64,000 nucleotides of DNA from Callorhinchus milii (taxonomy: Eukaryota): contig NW_024704743.1 in assembly GCF_018977255.1 (NCBI RefSeq), forward strand, positions 98,706,001 through 98,770,000. Direction: 5' to 3'. The translations under genes were made by a program, and so were the position numbers. Positions 52,003 to 63,647 of the stretch are shown in pieces; the stretch's first letter is position 1, and each line of letters starts with the position of its first letter. The notes beneath the pieces were generated by a model that did no database searches, was not told the origin of the DNA, and saw nothing but the letters and a program-made list of their open reading frames with translations.

Positions 52003-52459
52003 TATCCATTAACTGAAATCTGATAAAAATGAAGAAAAAAATTAACACTTACAAAACTTTTATTATATAAATTGTTCATAATGCACATAAATAAAAATAT
52101 GGCAATAATTAACTAGTTCAATTTCATATCTTCTTTATGGTTAATTATATAAACAATAACTTTCTATCAACTAGTACCTTTCGCATTGCATGAATATCAC
52201 AACTCTTAATTATGACAGGAAACATTAAGCACTGAAAAGGGAGTGTGAAGGTAGTATTGACCAAAAGCATGTTTGACAATATTTAGTTTAAAAGGGTTTG
52301 AAGTCAGGAAGAGAGGAAATGAAACAGAGAGATTCTGGAGAAAGAATTTCTAGAGAGCCGGGGTAGAGAGGACCTCATGGGGGGAGGGAGAGAAAGGGAA
52401 AGAGGGCGTCTGCTTATTAGCCAGGCTATCAATCAAGGAGAATATCTCTGACAGCTCTC

Positions 52460-52760
52460 AATAATATTCTTGCATTTGATACAGCGCTTTTCACATCTTC
52501 TAGACGTTTCAAAGTGCTTCACAGAATACACTGTAAAGTGTAGTGACTGTATATTTTGTGGGTGAAACATGGCAGCCAATTGCACACAGCAGTATCCCAC
52601 AAACCATCGCGACCAAATTATTATTGGTTTTCTTTTCTTGGGGGACTATTATCAGGCGTGTGGAGTAAGGAAACTTGTCCAAGGTTTCGCTTTGCCGGGA
52701 ATCAAACCCAGGTCTCTCGCTTGCACAGCAAGTGCTCTAACCACTGAGCTACAGGACTCC
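52460..52760 (-). mobile_element. tRNA-derived SINE, short form
   Basis: Full, more diverged copy in intron 1. Confidence 0.9.
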
Positions 52761-53199
52761 GGATTAATGTCTCATCCACAGGACTGCACCTCGACAATGC
52801 AGCATTCCTCAGCAATGGATTGTAGTGTCAATCCTTAGTATGAACCCAAAGCAATTCCGGAATATAAGTGCTTGGCGTCTGCAAGCTCACTGAAAGCCAG
52901 CGACCAGCAGTGGGAATTGCGGAACAACAACTTTTACTGACTGCAACCTCACAATTGTCCAGGGGTGACCAAAAAGCCCTGATACCCATTACAATGTCCA
53001 ATACGTCTTAAAGAAACCATGATATATATTTTTTTTTGTAAGATAACAGGGGTGTCTGGAAAACAACTTTTGGGGGTCATCCTGCAATTTGAGTCATTTC
53101 AGATTTCACTTCAATCAGACAAAAAGAAAACTTCTTAAAAAAAAACAGCCAATTTTGCCCAAACGGACTAACTTTTGACACTTCGGGGGGAGGCAAACA

Positions 53200-54620
53200 C
53201 TTTTCACTATAAACCACGGATAGGCTCGGGGGGAACATCCATCGCCGTCAGACGCGAACCCACTTTTTTTTTTTGCCGACCCGACTCGCTTTTGCCCTCC
53301 AGGTTTTCAAACAGTCTCGGTAGGGGGGAAACCTTTCCGACGTTCAGAAAGCAGTGGGGTACGCGAAGAGGTTTTTTTTTAATAGTTTTCAAAAAAAAAA
53401 CAACGAGAAGTTTGAAGACTTAAGAGGAGGAGTTCGCTCGGAGCGGGGACGGCGGGATCTGACCACCTCCGCGCAACGTTTTGCCTCTGGAAGGAGAAGG
53501 GCGAACACGCAGTGCCTTTCGGAGCCGGTGTTTGAGTCGGAGGGGCGCCCTCTCCTCGGAGGGAGGGAGGGAGGGAGCGCCTCCCTCCGTGAATGAGGAG
53601 GACCACAGGAAACCGGGAAATCAGGGGAGGCCTCGACTCCGGCAAAGAGACATCAGCTGTAGGCACTTTGAGCCGCCGCCCAGACTCAACTAATCGACTC
53701 CGGGGTGGTTACTTTCAGCAATTGTAACAGGTAACATTTGTTTGTTTGGATGGATGGGGCGGGGAGGGAGGGGGGGGGGAGAGAAAGAGGTGAAAGCGAA
53801 TACAAATACAGCCCTATTAATGTCAGCAGTAATATTCATTCACGACCTGCGTCTCTATTGCAACACTCTTCCCCCCTTCCCTCCCGTCCATGACAAACCT
53901 TTAACACACACACACACGTACACTCGCCCACAGATTTCTGGACGGCCATCCCCCCCCCTAACTGCACATCTCAGCATTTTTACGCCGCGCACACACACAC
54001 ACACACGCACACACAAAAAATGTATCAACGGGTTACGATAGACAGAACAAACCCCACACACGGATGTACAGGCAGGTCTTACCCCCCCCCCAAGCGGCGA
54101 GCTGGGTGACTTGACTCGAGTGGGTGAAGGCAGGACGCCGCTTGTTGTCACCCGGGATGTTAAGGGAGAAGGGTCAGGAAGTCCGTTGGGCTGTTCGGCC
54201 GTTGCTCGCGGGTCTTTAAATTTGCTCCGCGCGCTCATACCATCACAGACACACACCGCCCGGCTCGAGCGCTTCCGCCGGTAAGGCGCGCGCGCGCGGG
54301 GGGTGGTTGAGGGGGGAGTAGAGGTGAGTGAATCAGAGACAGACAGACTTCGGGCTGTGTGTTTGGAGGGGAGCGGCGCTTCAGAGCATGCGCGCTCGCT
54401 CGCTCGGAGTTCCTCCCGGGTGACGGTTGGCTTCCCCACCCAACGCGGCCCGTCACCAATGACGTCTTTGGCTGTCTGCGCGCCTGCGCAGACCCGCATG
54501 CCGCCCTGAGCCCGACGCCGGTCCGCGGGGTTTGGGCGGCTGTCGGGGCGATGTTGTCAGACTGGGCGGGTTTTATTGTGCTCTGTCTGGGTGGGGGGGA
54601 AGCGGCTTCGGGCGGGCACT
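53200..54620. promoter_or_regulatory. CpG island / TRAPPC9 promoter
   Basis: Non-repeat, GC- and CpG-rich stretch 1.2-2.6 kb upstream of the ATG exon. NRF1-like GCGCCTGCGCA (~54480) and GCATGCGC (~54386), CCAAT 54456-54460 overlapping CRE-like TGACGTC 54460-54466, ETS-like CTTCCG ~54272. Confidence 0.85.
54083..54230 (-). other. TRAPPC9: Probable non-coding exon 1 of TRAPPC9 (5' boundary unknown)
   Basis: Minus-strand donor GGG|GTAAGA at 54083/54082 inside the CpG island. Exon 2 has a splice acceptor 10-17 nt upstream of the ATG, so an upstream exon is required. The upper coordinate is a guess. Confidence 0.55.
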
Positions 54621-54715
54621 TGGTTTTTTTTTAATCTTTTAAAATTTAAAACCCACACACAACGTTTTATTTCCCTCCTTGAAGACCAGAGGACAGGGAT
54701 TTCCGAAAAAAAAAT

Positions 54716-54830
54716 AAAAAAACAAGTCGCTGGGAAACACAGGCAGCAGCGTCTCCGGAGAGAGGAAAATCAGTCAAAGGTTTCGGGCCGTTGACCTTTC
54801 CTCAGCCTTTTCGCCTTCTTTATTTTTCGC
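54716..54830 (-). mobile_element. Second, decayed copy of the hammerhead-bearing repeat
   Basis: aagtcgctgggaaacac...ggcagc...agtcaaaggtttcgggccgttgacctttcctcag aligns to 46486-46572; minus strand CUGAGGA-A-AGGUC-AAC-GGCCC-GAAAC-CUU. Confidence 0.65.
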
Positions 54831-54832
54831 AG

Positions 54833-55052
54833 ATTTAAGATAATTGGCAGCAGAACCAGAGGGGGAGACGAGGAGAATTTTTTTTTTTCACGGGAGCGCT
54901 GCGGTCTGGAATGCACTACCTGAAAGGGCGGTGGGAACGGATTCGATCATAACTTTCAAAAGGGTGTTGTTAAGTAGGTACTTGAAAAGGAAACCTTTTT
55001 ATGGGCTATGGGGTAAGAGCAGGGGAGTGGGACTGGTCGGTAGCTCTTTGAA
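54833..55052 (+). mobile_element. CR1 3' fragment
   Basis: GETRRIFF..VWNALPERAV.TDSIITFKR. Confidence 0.8.
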
Positions 55053-55054
55053 AG

Positions 55055-55161
55055 ACGTGTGGGGTAAGGAAACTTGCCTCAAGGTTTTGTCCTGACGGGA
55101 ATCGAACCAAGGTCTCTGGCTTGCAAGGCGAGTGCTGTAATCACTGAGCTACAGGACTCCA
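55055..55161 (-). mobile_element. SINE head fragment
   Basis: tRNA-like head through GGCAAGTTTCCTTAC only. Confidence 0.85.
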
Positions 55162-56080
55162 CGATAAATCACGATTGTTCAAGATAAGGCGACAAAAAGA
55201 AGCTGCAATAAAGTCAGAAGATTATCAAGCAACCGGGGTGGGGGGGGGTGAGGGAGCCTCTGCCTATATACAGCTTAAATTATAAATTAAAGAGACCAAT
55301 ATCCGAAATGCCGCTTGATTGGCACTTCGCTGTCAGGGTTTGATATCATAATGTAGGCTGACGCCCCAGTGCACTACCAGAGAAGCGCTGCATTGTCAGA
55401 GATGCCGTCCTTCATCTAAAACTTTAAACTGGGGACCTGCCTACCTGTTCGGATGCATATTAAAGGTCCCAGGCAACTTTCTCTCCACTTCCCGGTTTGG
55501 TTCCTCGAGTCCTGCTTCTACCCTAACAAACAACATTAATGCCGCCTCATCAAAGTCACCAATAGTGTACACTATTGTAGCGTACACTATGTAGCTCTCT
55601 CCTACATCAGAGTTTGCCTACAAAAACACTCATCACAGTTCCTGTGCAACACTTTGAAATATTTCATTGATGTGATACATTAAAATGCAAGAATTAGTTA
55701 ATCTTGGTGAGGTCTATAAGATCCTGTATGAAATTATCAAAATGGCAGTCGACAAAAGTCCTCGCATTCAATATGCGCTTCAGAACAGGAACGTCACCCC
55801 TTCAGCCTGGAAAAGAAACACTTCAGGCTGCACTTGAGAAAGCACTTCTTTACCCAACGCAAGATGAGCATTTGGAACAGGAATGTTTGCACAATTTTCA
55901 TCCATTTGATGAAGAAAAATCTAGGTAGATTTCTTAAGGATGAGAGATTGAACTTAATTTGTCATATGATATCCACTGCAATGTTGCAGGGTTAAAGGGA
56001 TATGCTGATGATGACGTAGCCCTCTTCTGGAGCTCACACGACAGCCTCATATTTGAAATGTTTGCATTGTTTGTTTAAAT

Positions 56081-57110
56081 CAGGGGTGTCAAACATATGG
56101 CCCGTGGGGTGATATTTGGCACCCCATCTATCAGTTTCTAAAATCACATTGATATACTGTACCAGAATTTTTCTTCAAACCATCTCTTTTTAATACAAGT
56201 GGTATATTTAAACATGAGTGGCATTCCCATTAAGCCAATGACAACTCACAGAGTTAGTAAAAATAGCCAATCAGATGGCGCACAGAATGCATTTGTTCAT
56301 GTACACATGTAGTTTTACATAATTGGCATTGAGTAGCATAGCAAAGCCATATTAAAACTTTTACTTTGTATTAAATTTAAAATACGTTGCCAAAACATAG
56401 TTTGAGATGTCACAGAAGCAAAAGATGCAGGAGGAACATAGGAAATTACAAGATGGTTGAACAGAAGATTATTTTTTCATTGGATGTTACCGCAAGGCAA
56501 CCTGTCTGATTTAGCGGTTGCAGTTGTGAAAAATTATAACATTACAAGTTGTACAATGCACATATTAAATATTGAGAATAGTGGGAATGTGGAACATGCT
56601 ACCACAAGGAGTTGTTGAGGCAAATAGCATTAGATGTATTTAAGGGAAAGCTAGATAGGTACATGAGGGAGAAAGGAATAGAAGGTTATGCGAGAAGGCT
56701 TAGGTGAGGAAGGGCAGGAGGAGGTTCATGTGAAGCACAAACACTGACATAGACCAGTTGGGCCGAATGGCCTGTTTTTGTGCTGTATATTCTAATGTAT
56801 TCTAATGTATAGTATTAGCCTGCATCCTTTTTTGATGACTAGCAATTGTATAGTGGGGGTAATGTTTCATGCAAATTGGTATATTCAAGCAAATATACAT
56901 ACAATCACTAAAGACATTTCAGATACAGTATTATAATATACAGTCAATTCACTTTACAGTCTATTCTGTGAAGCGCTTTGAGATGTCGAGAAGACGTGAA
57001 AAGCGCTATATCAAATGCAAGGATTATTATTATAAAGTTTTTTTTTACATTGTAGCCCACCAAGTGAACAATGTTAACTAAAATGGCCTTTGTAGCCAGA
57101 TGAGTTTGAC
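56081..57110 (+). mobile_element. hAT (Charlie/SPIN-like) DNA transposon relic with nested CR1 and SINE pieces
   Basis: Left TIR CAGGGGTGTCAAAC at 56081; decayed transposase start at 56407 (MSQKQK..EH..LQDG*TEDYFFI...KATCLI..VAVVKNYNI); partial right TIR GAGTTTGAC at ~57102-57110. Confidence 0.8.
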
Positions 57111-57719
57111 TAAATTATTAATTAAAATTGACATTTGTCTGCTGAAATCGTTGTGATTTATCAAAATAAGTTGTCTTACTCCACCATGCTATTCATTTGG
57201 ACTCAATCAGCATTCAAACATTTAAATATTATTTTTAAAAGATAAAGTTAAAAACAGAACAGTCGGGATAGGTTTCCGCAGATGTTCTTCGGATGATTTT
57301 TTTCTGTGCTATCAAGGTAGAAGAAGATTAGTAAGATCGAAAGATGATGAGAAACACTTGTCTCTGCCTACAATTCTGAAAGGAGTCGTAACCTTTTAAA
57401 CAGGCAATAGATCAGTTGGCTTCACTGGGTATTTGTAAGCAATATTGTTTCATGGAACCTTATTGTGCCTTTTTATTGGGTTCCTAAATGTAACTAACTA
57501 CTTAAATATTTATGTAATCGGGACATTGAGGTCATAATCCAGGCTGACACTCCAATGCCATGCGTGTGAGCGGGAGGTGCTGCATTGTCTGTCCTTCAGA
57601 ATTAACGTTAAACCAAGGTCCCATCTGCACGTTTAGTTGGATCTTAAGACAGACTTCCCATCTGTCACCCACCTACCTGCGGGGCTCCATCCATCATCCA
57701 CCACCTACCTCCATCCATT

Positions 57720-58110
57720 GTGGAGTGCTGTAGTGCAGTGGTTAAGAGAGCTCGCCTCGCAAGCGAGAAGACCTGGGTTTGATTCCTGGTCAGGGCCAAA
57801 CCTTAGACAAGTTTCCTTGCTTCACACACACACACACACACACACACCTCTGTTTACCTAGCAGTAAGTAGGAACTCGCTTGTTAGTCGATTGGCGGATC
57901 GCTTTTCAGGGGTAATAATCGCTTCAAAAATAATAATAATGTGGTCACTCAATCCATGACTGTTTATGGGACAATGTTGTGCGCAATTGGCTGCCGCGTT
58001 TCTTCCACAAATTATAGTCATTACATTTTACAGTGTATCCTGTGAAGCGCTTTGAGACGTCTCGAAGATGTGATAAGACGCTATATCAAATGCAAGGATT
58101 ATTATTATTA
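57720..58110 (+). mobile_element. tRNA-derived SINE, long form, with internal (CA)n expansion
   Basis: Full copy nested in an older Deu-type SINE; (CA)n at ~57823-57847. Confidence 0.92.
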
Positions 58111-61100
58111 AGGTTCTCTAACACTCTACTGTATTGAAAAATTAAGGGGGTTTCTCCCTGTGTTCAAGCTAACAATCCTGCAGATAAAATTAGTCATATC
58201 ACTTCATAGATGTTAATGGGAGGTTGATGTCTACAAATTGGCTGCTATATTTGCCTACAAATACACTGACTGGATTTCACAGCAATTCCCTGTGAAGTGC
58301 TTAAGATGCTTTGAATCGTAGACACTGCATCCAATAATTAAATCTTTAAAAATGTGCACTGGTAAGTAACTATTCAAATGGAACAGACCATAGTTTCAAA
58401 TTCTGTGACAATTCGGCTGTCATTTTGAGGTATTACTAATGTATCCATCATACTGCAAAAGTAATTGTAAAATGTGATTAAATAACATGTAAGTGACATT
58501 TTTGTATCATAATTTTAATGTTTTAGACGTTCAGTGTTCATTTTCAATTAGCTGGATTTAAGAAGTGGAATCTGTTCTTATTGACCTGATAGCTGCAGTA
58601 TAAAAGAGAGTAATTAGACCATTGGTGTCAGTTACAATATGGTGGCAATATGGGCTCAGGAGTGACGAATCTTCACTTCTAGCAATACAGTGAATCACAG
58701 TGGGAACCTTATTTATATTTCCTCCTACCCACTGGGGCTGAATAACATCACATGGTTAGATTCTATTTTAAAAAGGGAGACTAGGACGGGTCAGTAAAAG
58801 CTGGAAAGACAAACATATTTGCTTTCGTCACTAGATACATTTCTGTTTCTAGCTGATTTGTTGGCTTTCTGCATAGTTTTCTATCCTTTGCATAGCTTCT
58901 TCTTTTGCCTGACCTTCTCTTCGATCTGCCTTATTACAATGTATGTTTACTTACATCCCAGCAATGTAACACCCTGCTGGTGTCTCTTTCCTTTTTTAAA
59001 AATTAAATTTTGAATGTACACTTGCAGTTGCTGCTTAACTTGCACTTGATCACCTGACTGGTGGAACATAGCTTTTTCCTTCGTCACACTCCAGATAATG
59101 TACTGAACTGTTTACAGGCACTATGTTCTTTGCAATTGTATATCAACAAATTCCCTGAAGGAATTGGACTGTAGCTTTAGTTGAATAAACAACATAATAT
59201 AGCTCCCAAGATTCACTTATTTTAAAATATTGTTATTCATAAACAATGGTAAGAATCCTGAAATTTGTGTTTCCTAACCAACGTAATATGAATGGGCATC
59301 CACAAAAGTCTTGTTATCTAGGAGGAGACTACATTCCAACATTCTGCCTATCACCAAGGTTACTTTGCTTCAGGACACAGATGTGAGGCTGTTCAGAACA
59401 GCCCTGGAGCTGCCAATACATATCTAATATTAGCCTTTGAAACCAATATTATGACTGATAGATTCTTGTCAAAATGTAATAGTGTGTTGTACATTGATTT
59501 AGTTAAAAGGGCAAGGAAAACAGCTGAAACTAAGGATGTTTGCCTACAACACAAAGGTAAGTTATCATTTACAAATGTCCAGCACATTTGATTATGTTTG
59601 TGCATTATAGTTATTTCAGGATATAAACTGAAAAAGCTTTGGAGAATTGCATACTCTGCAGAATCCAGTTTATATCTTAAAATTGATTAGTCATCTGACG
59701 AGAGTTCTCTTTAGTCATTTCCCTCAAACCATTTTGCTTAAACATTGCTCCTGAATGAACTTCTGCTTCATGCTGATCTCTTATCTCTAAGCATTGTTCT
59801 CTGTCACCTGAGTAGCTTCGTCTTTTAGTCGAATCTCCTTTCAATTCCTAGCTGGTATTGTACACTGTCTCTGGTGTGTGTTGTCTTTCCAGTCTCTACT
59901 GATTCCTACACTCATCTCAGCTGTAAGTCATGAAATTTATTAGCGATAGTAAATACTCTACCAATTTGGTTAGATCTGATTTCTCCTCTTCACTCAGCCA
60001 TAAAATTGTACTCCTGAGCAGCTGATAAAATTGTCACACAGGAAATATACAGGCAGGATTGACCAGCAATCTGTGTTTCACATGTGCAATTATCTAATTG
60101 TACTATAGCTGATTGACTCCCCTTACACCAGATTTTTATTATATAAAATTTACAGCACAGAAACAAGCCATTCGGCCCCAGTAGTCCATACTTGCATTTA
60201 GTAATGCACAAAAAAGAGTTGACCGGTACATAATGTTGTAATTTCAAATTCAGTATTTGCTAGTTAGGTGAAGGATTGATTTAGTAGATTACCTAAGTAT
60301 GATTATAAATTTAATATTTAAATAGTAGTTTACAGCAAATTCTATCACAACACACAATTTACAGATGTTTTAAGCACTGTAGAGTACAATTTGATTGTAC
60401 AAATTAATTTTAATAATAATTCTTACAATTAATATAGTGTCAGGAGGACGGTCTAAAGCGCTTCATAAGATATACCGTAAAGTATAGCTACTCTTGTGTT
60501 TTGTGGGCAATTTTCAGGTTGTCTCACCAGAAGGTTCCATAATTCCTTACTTAAGTGTGGAGTAAATTAAGAGGTTCTGGAGTATTGAATGTGCTGAACA
60601 CTTCCCTATTTGAGAAAGAAATCAAAAACTGTTATTCAATAAAAAATTTAAAATAAGATGCATATTGTATAATTTGGGACAAAAAAGCTATATTTCAGCT
60701 ATTGAGCTGCCAACATGGAAACCTTTTGTGTTAATAATAATCCTTGAATTTGATATAGTGCTTTTCACATCTTCTAAACGTCTTAAAGCACTTCACAGAA
60801 TAGACTGTAAAGTGAACTGACTATATTTGTGGGCATTTCACAAAACGTTCATATTTAAAGTGTGCTAAACATACTGGCAAATAAAACATCAACTCTTCCC
60901 CCTTCCCATAGTACTTTCACGGGAAAAGGAAATTTTGAAATTTTTTAAGATACCCAAACCAGAATATGCAAGGAATATAAATTAATCAGGATCCCTAAAC
61001 AATTTTAATATTGTCTGGAATATGAGTCAGCATATAAAATATGTCAGTTTAATGTAACCCTGTAGCTGCGTGATTTCAATCTTGGGTTTTAGCCACTAGC

Positions 61101-61234
61101 CCGTAGCATACACCTTGATACTCTGTGTAATACTTATCTGCTCTTAGTTGGCCTGGAGCCTCGGTATATCACATTCTAGGTCAGACTTCCAAAGCTATCA
61201 TAGACATCACTATTACTTATTTTATCTGTGGTTT

Positions 61235-61650
61235 TATTGCTGGGCAATTTTCTCTACAAGGATGAGAGGATACAGCTATCAATAAAGATTTGACAGTTTG
61301 AGCTTTTGTCTCGGGAATTGATGTGATTGAGTGGGGACCTGACAGAGGTGCTTAGGATTATGAAAATAAAGAAATATGGCCAACATTGATGGGCTTTTTC
61401 CACTTGTTGGTTCCAAAACCAGTGGGCATAAATACAAGATAGGAGTCACAGATCTAAAAGTGATTATTATTAACAATAATCATTATTATTAACAATAATC
61501 ATTGTTTTTTTTAAAGTTAAAGGAGATTGGTGAGAATTTGGAACTTATTGCCAGAAACTGGTTGATGCAGAAAGGATAGCCAGAAAGATCAATGTATTTA
61601 ACAGGAAACTTGACTCATACGTAAGGAGGGGGCAATAGAGGATTAACGGA
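61235..61650 (+). mobile_element. Old CR1 3' fragment
   Basis: ggggacctgacagaggtgcttaggattatgaaa...aaccagtgggcataaatacaagat resembles the CR1 GDL.EV.KI and RGHKYK region. Confidence 0.65.
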
Positions 61651-61789
61651 GAGCGGATTAACAATTTTTAAAAAAAAAATCATAATAGCATTGTGATAGG
61701 TTTTAAAATTATTTTCAAAATGATCAAAAATCACTGTGATGTTTTAAAAAGATTTTTAAGCACTTAGTGTTTCAAAGTGGCTCAGTTAT

Positions 61790-62185
61790 GGGCCATGGCT
61801 CAGTAGAATATGGGTTCAAGCCTACGTTGGGACTTGGATCTCATATAATCTAAACTGACGCTCTAATGCAGTTTTGTGGGTGTGTTGCATTGTTGGAGGT
61901 GCCATCCTTTCGAATGATACAATAAACCAAAACCCCATCTGCCTAATAAGATGCATATTAAATATCTCATGGCACTCCCATAACTATTTGAAAAAAAGAA
62001 GGAAGTTTCCCCCGGGGTCCTGGCCAACAATCCCCCAAATAAAATCAGTTATTCACTTCATGACTGTTCATAGGACAATGCTGTGTACAAACTGGCTGCC
62101 ACATTTGCCCACAAAACAGTTACTGCACTTTACAGCCTTTTTCAAGGCATCAATGTTTTTGAAGTGTTGTCCATGTAGGCCTTAC
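61790..62185 (+). mobile_element. Older Deu-domain SINE (SacSINE1-like)
   Basis: gggttcaagcc...gacttg...ctgac..tgcag..tgcattgttggaggtgccatcctttcg..aaacc..gtcctggccaac..tgctgtgtacaaactggctgcc. Related decayed copies at ~43715-43890, ~52762-52850 (minus), ~55335-55695, and ~57520-57650 plus 58110-58320. Family name is from recall. Confidence 0.7.
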
Positions 62186-62199
62186 TTCAGAGTACTGAA

Positions 62200-62880
62200 G
62201 AGATAAAAGTTTATGGGTGTCAAGTCCAGGCTCTATGGAAGGTGGAGTCCATCCGATTTGTCCAATGGCTTTTGATATTGTGAGGCTTGCGTGAGATCTG
62301 GCATTGTAATGCGCTTCTACCATGTCAGTGTTTGGAGAGGTTCTCCTTGTATGGCCTTTCAGCTTCTTCAAGGTCTCAACATGGCACTCTGAGTTTATGA
62401 CTTATGAATCCACTAAGCACCAACTTTAGAGTTACCAAGGTTACCAATAATAATCTCTATGACCTGATGACCAATAGTGAGACTCTCACTCAACTTACAC
62501 TGAGTGATGTGTTGATATTTGCAGATTAGTTCATCAACCTTCTTTGTATTCTCTTTAACAGCTGTTTCCAGCCACCCACAGCAAAACCTATCTTGAAGTT
62601 CGGTTTCTTTACTTTTCATACGATTTGCCCAGCGTCTTACAGTACTCACATCAACACATAAGTGTCCATACACTTTCAACATCGACGGTGAATCTCAATC
62701 GGTAAAATCCCCTCAGCTGTGAGAAATTCAATTACTGCTCTCTGCTTAACATGTGCATCAATGCTGGATGCCATTTTGAACTGGTGTCATCTACCTGCAT
62801 CTATTGAGAATTAAACAAAACTTTCACAGCAGTCGTACAATATATTAAAGTATAATATGTACGTTACTTTACCACTTAAC
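62200..62880 (-). mobile_element. Mariner transposase pseudogene with internal deletion
   Basis: ATG 62774: MASSIDAHVKQRAVIEFLTAEG..PIEIHRR, frameshift, LKVYG..VDVSTVRRW..KVDELI..LGNSKVGA*W, then a jump to INSE..VETLKKLK..HYNARSH..IGWT and a YSPDL-like remnant (*SLDLTP). Confidence 0.88.
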
Positions 62881-62910
62881 ATTCTTCACAAAATAGGCAT
62901 TGCATTCCTC

Positions 62911-63231
62911 ATAATAATAATAATCCTTGCATTTGATATAGCGCTTTTCATGTCGGGAGGACATCCCAAAGCGCTTCACAGAACACACTGTAAAGTGAAT
63001 TGACTGTATATTTGTGGGCGAACGCGGCAGCTAATTGCGCACAGCAATGTCCCAGAAACAGTCATGGACTGAAAATGACCAATTTATTATTGTTTTTGGT
63101 TTTTGAGGGATTATTATTAGGCTCTGTGTGGAGTAAGGAAACTTGCCCAAGGTTTCGCCCTCTGCCTGGAATTGAACCCAGGTCTCTCACTTGCAAAGCG
63201 AGTGCTCTAACCACTGAGCTACAGGACTCCA
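62911..63231 (-). mobile_element. tRNA-derived SINE, short form with L2-identical tail
   Basis: Full copy, CACACAGAGCC variant. Confidence 0.93.
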
Positions 63232-63420
63232 CAATAATGTATTAAATATAACAAAATATATCAAACACAAAATATATTAAACATAAACATATTAAATAAA
63301 AATATATACCAAATTTAAGGATTATTGTTGCAATGTTACAATTATTTACATTTTTAAATTGTTACATATAACGTTGTTTAAAAAAAGCTTTGCTGTATAA
63401 AAGTCCAGCAATTCTTTTTT

Positions 63421-63630
63421 CGGTCAGCCGGGTGTCTGACGCACGTGTAAACCCATCACCGTCATTAAGAGTATCCAAACCAAATTGAGAATACCACGCA
63501 TCCCACCCACACATAGAAATTCCGTGGTCTTTTAGATATTTATTGGAATGGACCTGGAGGGACGCATCGTGCTTAGCTAATTCCGAAAAGTATTAGGCGC
63601 AGTTTAGCAAGAGCCAAGTTTGGGGGACCC
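63421..63630 (-). repeat. Unclassified dispersed repeat, copy 2
   Basis: Aligns with 18203-18415 over ~200 bp. Confidence 0.8.
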
Positions 63631-63647
63631 CAAGGATAGTGGGTAGT

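Noticed and set aside
53855..54499. 214-aa minus-strand ORF in the CpG island as an N-terminal extension of TRAPPC9
   Set aside because: Low-complexity, crosses (CA)n repeats and the presumed donor, and has no recognisable homology. Long ORFs are expected by chance in GC-rich DNA.
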